A stretch of 57,504 bases of DNA, counting the filler, from Sphacelaria rigidula (Eukaryota), in NCBI GenBank assembly GCA_964200075.2. It is 8 parts of 8 records of this genome, joined end to end, with 100 filler letters (N's around TTAATTAATTAA, not from the genome) between each part and the next. Parts side by side here need not be neighbours in the genome. Positions count along the whole stretch, not along the records: positions 50,405 to 57,504 come from CAXNAA020016486.1; 7 more parts are not named here. One strand, given 5' to 3'. The notes under the pieces were generated by a model. It did no database searches. It saw only the letters and a list, made by a program, of their open reading frames with translations, and had not been told where the DNA came from. Of the stretch, positions 50,901-57,504 are shown piece by piece. A program made the position numbers and the translations under genes. The stretch's first letter is position 1; each line of letters opens with the position of its first letter.

Positions 50901-51577
50901 GCGTTGTAGTCACGTCGATCAAAGCCCTTTTTCAACAACTTTCCATCCTGTCAGCAGTCGGCGCTTCTTTGAATGAGAAAAAACACACTTCAATAGGAGA
51001 ACAGATGGGCGAACTAACCCAAAAATGTGATCGACTACTCGGATTCCCACGTTCCCAGCCATGGGTCGAAGTACGCACCATCTGCAGAGACGGTGCGAGT
51101 GCGGACAGCGGTTGAAGAATGAAGATTACACACGTGAAAAACGAGGGAGGACTCAAATCATTTTGGAGTTACTCACGTCCTGCGGGTCATTCAGAAAGAT
51201 GAGTACCAGTCATGACTCCTGTCATGTAGGAATCAGTCAAGATGTACATGTAGTGTCGATGAGTCTAGGTCGCGCGTCGCGAGTCAACTTTAGATTAATT
51301 CAAGATGTAAAATATTGCACAAAATTGGATTTCGTTTACCCCAAACGAATTGATGAGTCCCGATCTTCGTAAAGCAATTGGAGATGCCAACACACTCAAC
51401 GAAACAAAGCCTGGAACATGAACCAGGAGTTGCGCACAAAACAAGAATATCACCACGAGACCCCCCGTCGTCAAACTGAAAAATTTACACTAAAATGGGC
51501 CAAACACGAGCATGCTCAAAGTTTCGAGTTACACAGCCGGCTAAGCAGGCTCGTCGTGGAAAAGCGGCCTGGTATCG

Positions 51578-53247
51578 TTAAACTCGAAGGATGCTACTTT
51601 TCCCGATGTTGTGCCGTGGCCGAAAGCGCGTCTGCTCTCCCATGAGAGCAGGTGGCCCTAAAAAACCGTTGATGACCGCGTTGTACGTCTCAACGTCACA
51701 GGGAATACCACCTCTCTCCATTTCTCGGAGAAGCGCCAGAGCTTGCTGTATTTGACCCGCTTTTCCGCATGCAGTGATGGTGGCATTGAAACTAACGTTT
51801 CCCGGCGAAATGCCCTCCGTTTGCATCTCCCTCACCAGAGTCAAGGCTTCTTGCCATCGCCCAGCATCCCCGCACGCGGTAATTGCTGATGTGTACGCGT
51901 GTGCATTGGGCGCTAGAAGTTGCTGCTTCATCTCCCTCAAGAGCTCGAGGGCTTCTTCCCATTTTGCCCTCTTGGCGCATGCATCGATAGCACTGGCATA
52001 TGACCGGGAATTTGGGGCGTTGCCTCGCTCTTTCATCTCTCTAAAAAGGAACATAGCTTCCTCATACTGATTACCATTCGCACACGCATCAATCGCAGCG
52101 GTGTAGTGATAAACGTTGGGCGAGACGCCCTCCGTCCGCATTTCCTGCAACAACAATAAGGCCTGCTTCCACTGCCCACACCTCCCACACGAAGTGATGG
52201 CCGCGGTGTAACTGTAACGATCGGGGGCAAAGCCTGCCGTCCTAATCTCTCGCAGGAGAGCAACGGACTGCTCCCACTGCCCGTACGCCCTTCCTAACGC
52301 CGCAATGGTGACATTGTAGCTTTTCAAGTTTGGCTCAACGCCCATGGACGTCATACCCCTGAACAACGATAGCGCGTGTTCCCACTGCCCTGCGTTCCCG
52401 CAAGCAGTGATTGCCTGACAAACGCTCACGACGTCAAGCGCGATGTTTTTCCAGCACATCTCGGACAGAAGCGCCAGAGCCTTCTCCCACTGGCCGCTCT
52501 TTCCGCAAGCGGAAATAGTGACGTTGTAACAACCCGTACTCGGTGTCACACCTGACTCGACCATTTTGTCAAGAACGGTCACGGCTCCTTCCCAGTTTCC
52601 ATTTTTCCCCAAGGCAGAAATGACAGCGGTGAAGAATATGGTATCGGGGGTATATCCACTTTCCCTCATCTCCCCCACGATAGACAGCACCTGTTCCAGC
52701 TGTCCAGCAAGCCCACAAGCCGTTACGGTTGCGGTGTACGTCACGATATCTGGCGTTAAACCTCGGTGCGGCATCTCTCTTAAGAGCTCAATTGCGCGCT
52801 CCCACTGACCACCATTACCGCAAGCTGTAATAGTTGCTCCGTAGCACCTGTTATCTACGGCGACACAATCGGTCTGCATCTGCCTCAATAAACCGACGGC
52901 TTTGTCCCCCTCGCCCTCTTTGCCACAAGCCAAAATTGCCCCGCAGTACTCAAACGCGCCTGGCGGAAAGCCCGTTTCTTTCATGTGCTCAATTGTACCA
53001 ATTGCAGCTCGAGAATGTCCGCAGGCTACAGCAACGCTCATGACCTTCCGAAAAAAACGCCTGTTTAGATTAGCACCCTGTCGTTGACTTGCGAGAGCTA
53101 GATCCTGCACTTCTTCGACCGCTCTGGAACCCCGATGGTCATGATGGTCATGTGCGAGCTTGAGATTGTCCACCAGAGATGATATGCCGTTTGCTGCTGC
53201 CTTCGACAAAATTGATCTGGGTGTGGTCCGGCCAACACCTCCGCCAC
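51578..53247 (-). CDS. P-class pentatricopeptide repeat protein, exon 2 (13 tandem PPR motifs plus a partial 14th)
   Basis: 35-aa repeats such as DRYSYTAAITSCGRCGQWKQALLLLQEMRTEGVSP. The frame stays open up to the tccgcag| acceptor at 53247 (phase 1). Confidence 0.95.
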
Positions 53248-53651
53248 CTGCGGAGCATTAATGTATCCGCGGGCGGAAGGGAGTGTAGAAGGCGTCCCAT
53301 GACACCTGATGCAAGAAACAAGCTAGCTTTGTCGGGGTGCTTTAGCGTACCGTGTTCGAAGTTTTCTACTCCGCAACGAAAATACATATTTCAGCACGAA
53401 GCCGGGTATCGACGGAATGAAAGAATACTCAACCTTTGCTCAACGAGAGCTGCTCGTACCAGACGTGGGGGTCATCTCGAAGCACCGACACAACTTCCAT
53501 CGATGATTCTCCACCCGAGGACCGCCGCAAGGCGGTTACATTCTACACTCATGCACGCACCCGAAAGTGCTACGTTGTTAGTAGTACCCGTACCCCTAGC
53601 ACCCCTGATTACCTTGAACGTCACCACAAACCTCACCTCACCTCACCTCAC

Positions 53652-53916
53652 CTACACGTTTTCGGGTGACGCCAGCACCCTTCGCACTGAGCCCATGATC
53701 CTTCGCACCACCTGTACGAGCTACTGCCCACGCATGCCGGACCGTGCTGCCCTCTGCCTCACGTGCAGCAGCCCCGTCCGCATCTGACGGGCTGCTGTGA
53801 CACAGCCGGGCGGGAGGAACGCGAGCGGGCGGGATTGTGTAGTGCTGGTGAGGTGCTCGCCGAGTGGCTGTTTGATTCACCACGTTGACCCGTCTTGTCG
53901 TACAGCGCAAGGCCAT
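53652..53916 (-). CDS. PPR protein exon 1 with a probable mitochondrial presequence (MALRCTTRRVNVVNQTATRR...)
   Basis: ATG at 53916, an Arg/Thr/Ala-rich N-terminus with no acidic residues, and a phase-1 |gtgagg donor. The spliced CDS is 1935 nt, or 644 aa. Confidence 0.75.
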
Positions 53917-56279
53917 GCTCCTCAGGTCTGCGAGATTCCCAACAAGCCAAAAAAGATTCAGCGCGACAGCGATGCGGCTTACCAACACTTGAAGCACGGC
54001 GAGTTCGTGGCGATTGAGGTACGCGGTAACAGCGTGTGAGTACCGCGTGGCACACACCGAATAAACACGTGCGTACGCTATATGCACAACGCGGAATGTA
54101 GATGGAGGCCTTTGTGCTTGATGGTGCGACCAGCTTGTGCATCATGAGTGTACAGCGTCGGTGCGGTATACTAACTCAAAGCATATATATGACTACAATG
54201 CATCAGGTCCGCAGTAGCGGCAACGGAAAAAAACCACCCGTCAGATATAGCATGATACGTGTGAAATAACCAATGCCATGGAAAAAAAGAACAGTTCTCC
54301 GATCCGTCCGCCCAAAAACATAAAATACGTGACTGCTGAGTCAGAGAAGCCAAAGCGAACCCTTTGCGCTACTCGGCGTACGCGGCGTTCGGCGCAGGAG
54401 GAAGTGAACATGGAAAAGGGAGGCCAATGATCGGCGGATCATGATCTGGATCAGTACACTGAGAGGAAGTAATTTTCAGACGGATGGATCATCATCTGCT
54501 CGACCCTCTGAGAAAAAATGGTAAGACAGGGTCTGCATCACAAACTGGAACCGAGAGAACATTCAAGCCGTTCAAGCAAAAAGACGGGAGTTGTTTTTTG
54601 TTGGGTGCAAGGGTTGTTCAAAAAGGCCGCCTTCCCATTGTCCTCATGTTCGGAATAATTTCGACAGCAACATGGGAAAAGGTTGAAAGTGACATCTGCT
54701 TTGTTGAAGAAGCTACAAAGAAAAAAAATGCGCACACGGCAGTGCGACATTTTCGTCCTTCATCATTCAACAGTTGTTACCATCCATCCTTGATCGGAAG
54801 CGTATGGCTTGGTCGATTTTCACCGTAACAGGTGGGCTGCTCCTGACGCCAAGAGAAAGTGACCAAAATGGGGCCCATCTTGTTTTGTTCAACCGCTTGT
54901 TTTGTCATGTTTTCACAGACGTGAAAACTCGTCGCACCCGCCGGGGCACCGCCGCACAGCTCCGGCGTATTTCCGAGATACACGCTCATACATGCGGCCG
55001 GCTCTCCATATGCCCTTTACACAAACGCCTCGAACTTCAGGCTTCAGTCACTCACTACTTCGTGCTTGCCACGCGTATAGATGCCAATGTCCCCGATCAA
55101 CATGGAACCTCCAGGGAGACGCTCGTCCTGAGACCCCTCTATAACTCTGCACACTACACAATTACATACTGTTGAAGTACCGTTGCATGTCTGTATGGCA
55201 ACGCTAAAGCTCAAAGCGTACTCAACCAGCGGCAACACCGCCGCGGGGTATGGGGAATCTACAGGTTCTGTATGACACCTCTGGAAACGGACGCGCACAG
55301 CACAGGGCGGGTAGGATTTCTTCCGCATGGCATTTGCGGACAGTGGCGATGGGGGTACTGCACAGAAGGGCTCGCGTCAGATTTTGCGGCAAACCGGACG
55401 AGCTGGGCCAGCCTAAAAACGGATTCAAGCTCTCGAAGCAATATCTCATCGACATAGACGAGTTGGGTCATGATCCGCATATCGTATCAATCGTCTAATC
55501 AAGGGGAAGGTGCCCATCTGCTCAAAAATCTGGGCCAATACTTTCTCGTTGATGAACCCCATGTCTAGTAAATCCTATACCGTAAGGAGATATCATCCAA
55601 ACTATAATCTATATGGAACCCCGAACGCTGCATTCATTGAATGATGACGATTTCTGGTGTGGATCTTCCCTGGAGCACCGGGAGACAATAGATAGGTACC
55701 CTCACCTTCACCCAATTCGTAATACATCTCGAAAAATGGCGCACATAAGTTTCCAAACTAAAATCAATACATTACGAGCAGTGGCACTGGATGCCCCAAA
55801 TCTGGATATCGCGCCTCAGTTTTCGAGAGTTTTGCTATGAACTTTGGTATGGAGAACCGCTAGTGGATTATGGAATACAAAAACAGTTTTTATTTATGTC
55901 CTTTCTTTTTTCGTGTTTCTGGGGGAGGTTTGAGGAGAAATTAACATTGCTCTTGGGCCTTATCTCAATTTTTTAGCAAAATTTTGAAAACTGTAATTTA
56001 AAACTTAGCATGGAAAACGCCCGAACCTCTCCCCCCCCAAACAAAATGGGTCTTCATTTTTTTTGGGGGGGGAAGAGGTTCGGGCGTTCTCGTAAGAAAA
56101 TGGTCGTCACCATACTAAAACGCCCTAAACCAGTGAAAAAAAAAAAAAAATGACCCACTGAGTTGTGTTGATAATGCCCTAGCGAGGGTCCACACAAATT
56201 TCAATACACAAAAACCAAACGTGGGGCGGTGAGTGACCTGCGAAATACTGTTCCGAATTTCTATCGACCCGGTTTTGAG

Positions 56280-56560
56280 AGGCGAATGCGCCGGCCAATA
56301 TTTAGAGTTGGGGCGTAAAAGTTGGTATGGACAATGTATAGGGCAAACAAAAATATTGAAGAAGCACCAGATTTTTTTTTTTTCCGTGAGTTAAGGGCAA
56401 TAATGGGTTTTCAGGTATCAGTAAAATGCCCTCAACTCACGAGGAAATAGAAAAAAACTTCTGGTGCTTCAATAATACGAAGTATATTTCTTCATGTCCT
56501 ATGCATTGTCCATACCAAATTTCATTCTCCAACTCTAGATATTGGCCGGCGCATTCGCCT
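56280..56560. repeat. Inverted-repeat element (MITE-like), with a smaller hairpin at 56016-56088
   Basis: aggcgaatgcgccggccaatat is inverted relative to atattggccggcgcattcgcct. Confidence 0.8.
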
Positions 56561-57504
56561 GCAAACTTCAAATCCGCCTCTGGGCTGGCCCAGCTCGTAT
56601 TAATCATGGGCATCTGGCGGATCTCCGGTGATATCAGCTGCTACAGAATCCTCACGGAGGGTCAATGAAAGATCTCATGGTGCTGTGATGGTGAAAAATG
56701 TACATTTGTCGTATCATGATGTCTCGAGTTTTTTCTTCGTTTTCATCTTCATTTTTTTTTGTCCATCTCGTTTTTGTTCGGTTTGCTTCGCTGTTCATTT
56801 TTTTTCTCCTTTTCTCGTCTTGTCCCTTCGTCGCGTGTCCTTCAGCGAGTGTTTTCAGAATTGTTCACCTCAGGTACGTCTACCTGGTGGATGATGACCA
56901 TAATGACCACGGCTGGATCGTGACTACTTCGGTGATCAGTTCATGTACGACAATCAACCAAATAAAATCCAGGCGCGGGTTATCATGACAGTATCACCGT
57001 GGTGTCGTGGAAGGAACTACCAACGCACAACCAAAAAACGCCAGCCCGCTCTGACGGATGTGCTGCCCGGCAATATTGTCACTGCTATATAAATCCTCTG
57101 CCATGGATGATGACCTCGAACACTCCGCCGAGCATCACTTACCATGGGTGATGACAAATTCCAAGAGAGTGTTGGGTGCAACACCGGATCGTTGCTTATT
57201 TCATCGCTTGCAGACCACCACACCTCGATGGTTCAAGTGGTACTAGACACCAATTGTCAATGGCCAAGGGTTTGACTGCTGATGAGAGGTTAGGGCTGAA
57301 CGCTGAGGGTTTGACTGCCTACATGTAGGATATTTTCGAGCAGAACCTGATTTCGATTGTCGAAAACGATAGGACGCGAATAGCAAAGCGAAGTCGACGA
57401 GTGTCGAAGGGGTGCGGAAGTGATGATAGTCATGATCCAATTCGCGGTACCAAAATGTGGTAAGGGGGGTTGTACTCATGATCATGCACGCCATAGTCAT
57501 CAGA

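Noticed and set aside
53179..53787. 202-aa plus-strand ORF and 206-aa ORF 2272-2892
   Set aside because: Both lie antisense to better-supported gene models and have no protein-like features.
54484..55498. Possible gene divergent from the PPR gene (MDHHLLDPLRKN|gtaaga plus downstream ORFs)
   Set aside because: The splice chain is ambiguous and the peptides are unrecognisable, so it needs transcript evidence.

Overview
Eukaryotic nuclear DNA, most likely a brown alga or related stramenopile. This is inferred from the short exons in long repeat-filled introns, the splice-site style and the protein types. The window is not one locus. It is eight unrelated scaffolds of about 7.1 kb (7101 or 7100 nt) joined by artificial 100-nt linkers (N44-TTAATTAATTAA-N44), so nothing can be inferred across linkers. 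Most entries in the ORF track are spurious. I could assemble these genes, mostly partial, from exons with consistent splice phase: a polyQ RING-H2-like protein, a fused GATase-CPS carbamoyl-phosphate synthetase with a probable GC-AG intron, a CaMK-family kinase, the first exon of cytosolic Cys-tRNA synthetase head-to-head with a dynamitin-like gene, mitochondrial ribosomal protein bL20, a complete two-exon P-class PPR gene, and two unidentified genes. The rest is dense in short transposable elements: two tRNA-headed SINE families, hAT/P-like MITEs with 8-bp TSDs, Tourist/PIF MITEs with TTA TSDs, piggyBac-like elements with TTAA TSDs, a Stowaway-type mariner derivative, and long fold-backs, often nested several deep. 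The least explained signal is a 70-85 nt repeat with about 11 copies in 6 of the 8 scaffolds. Nearly all copies abut a G-run, and its stem-loop pairs on one strand only. I see no well-supported novel multi-gene system.
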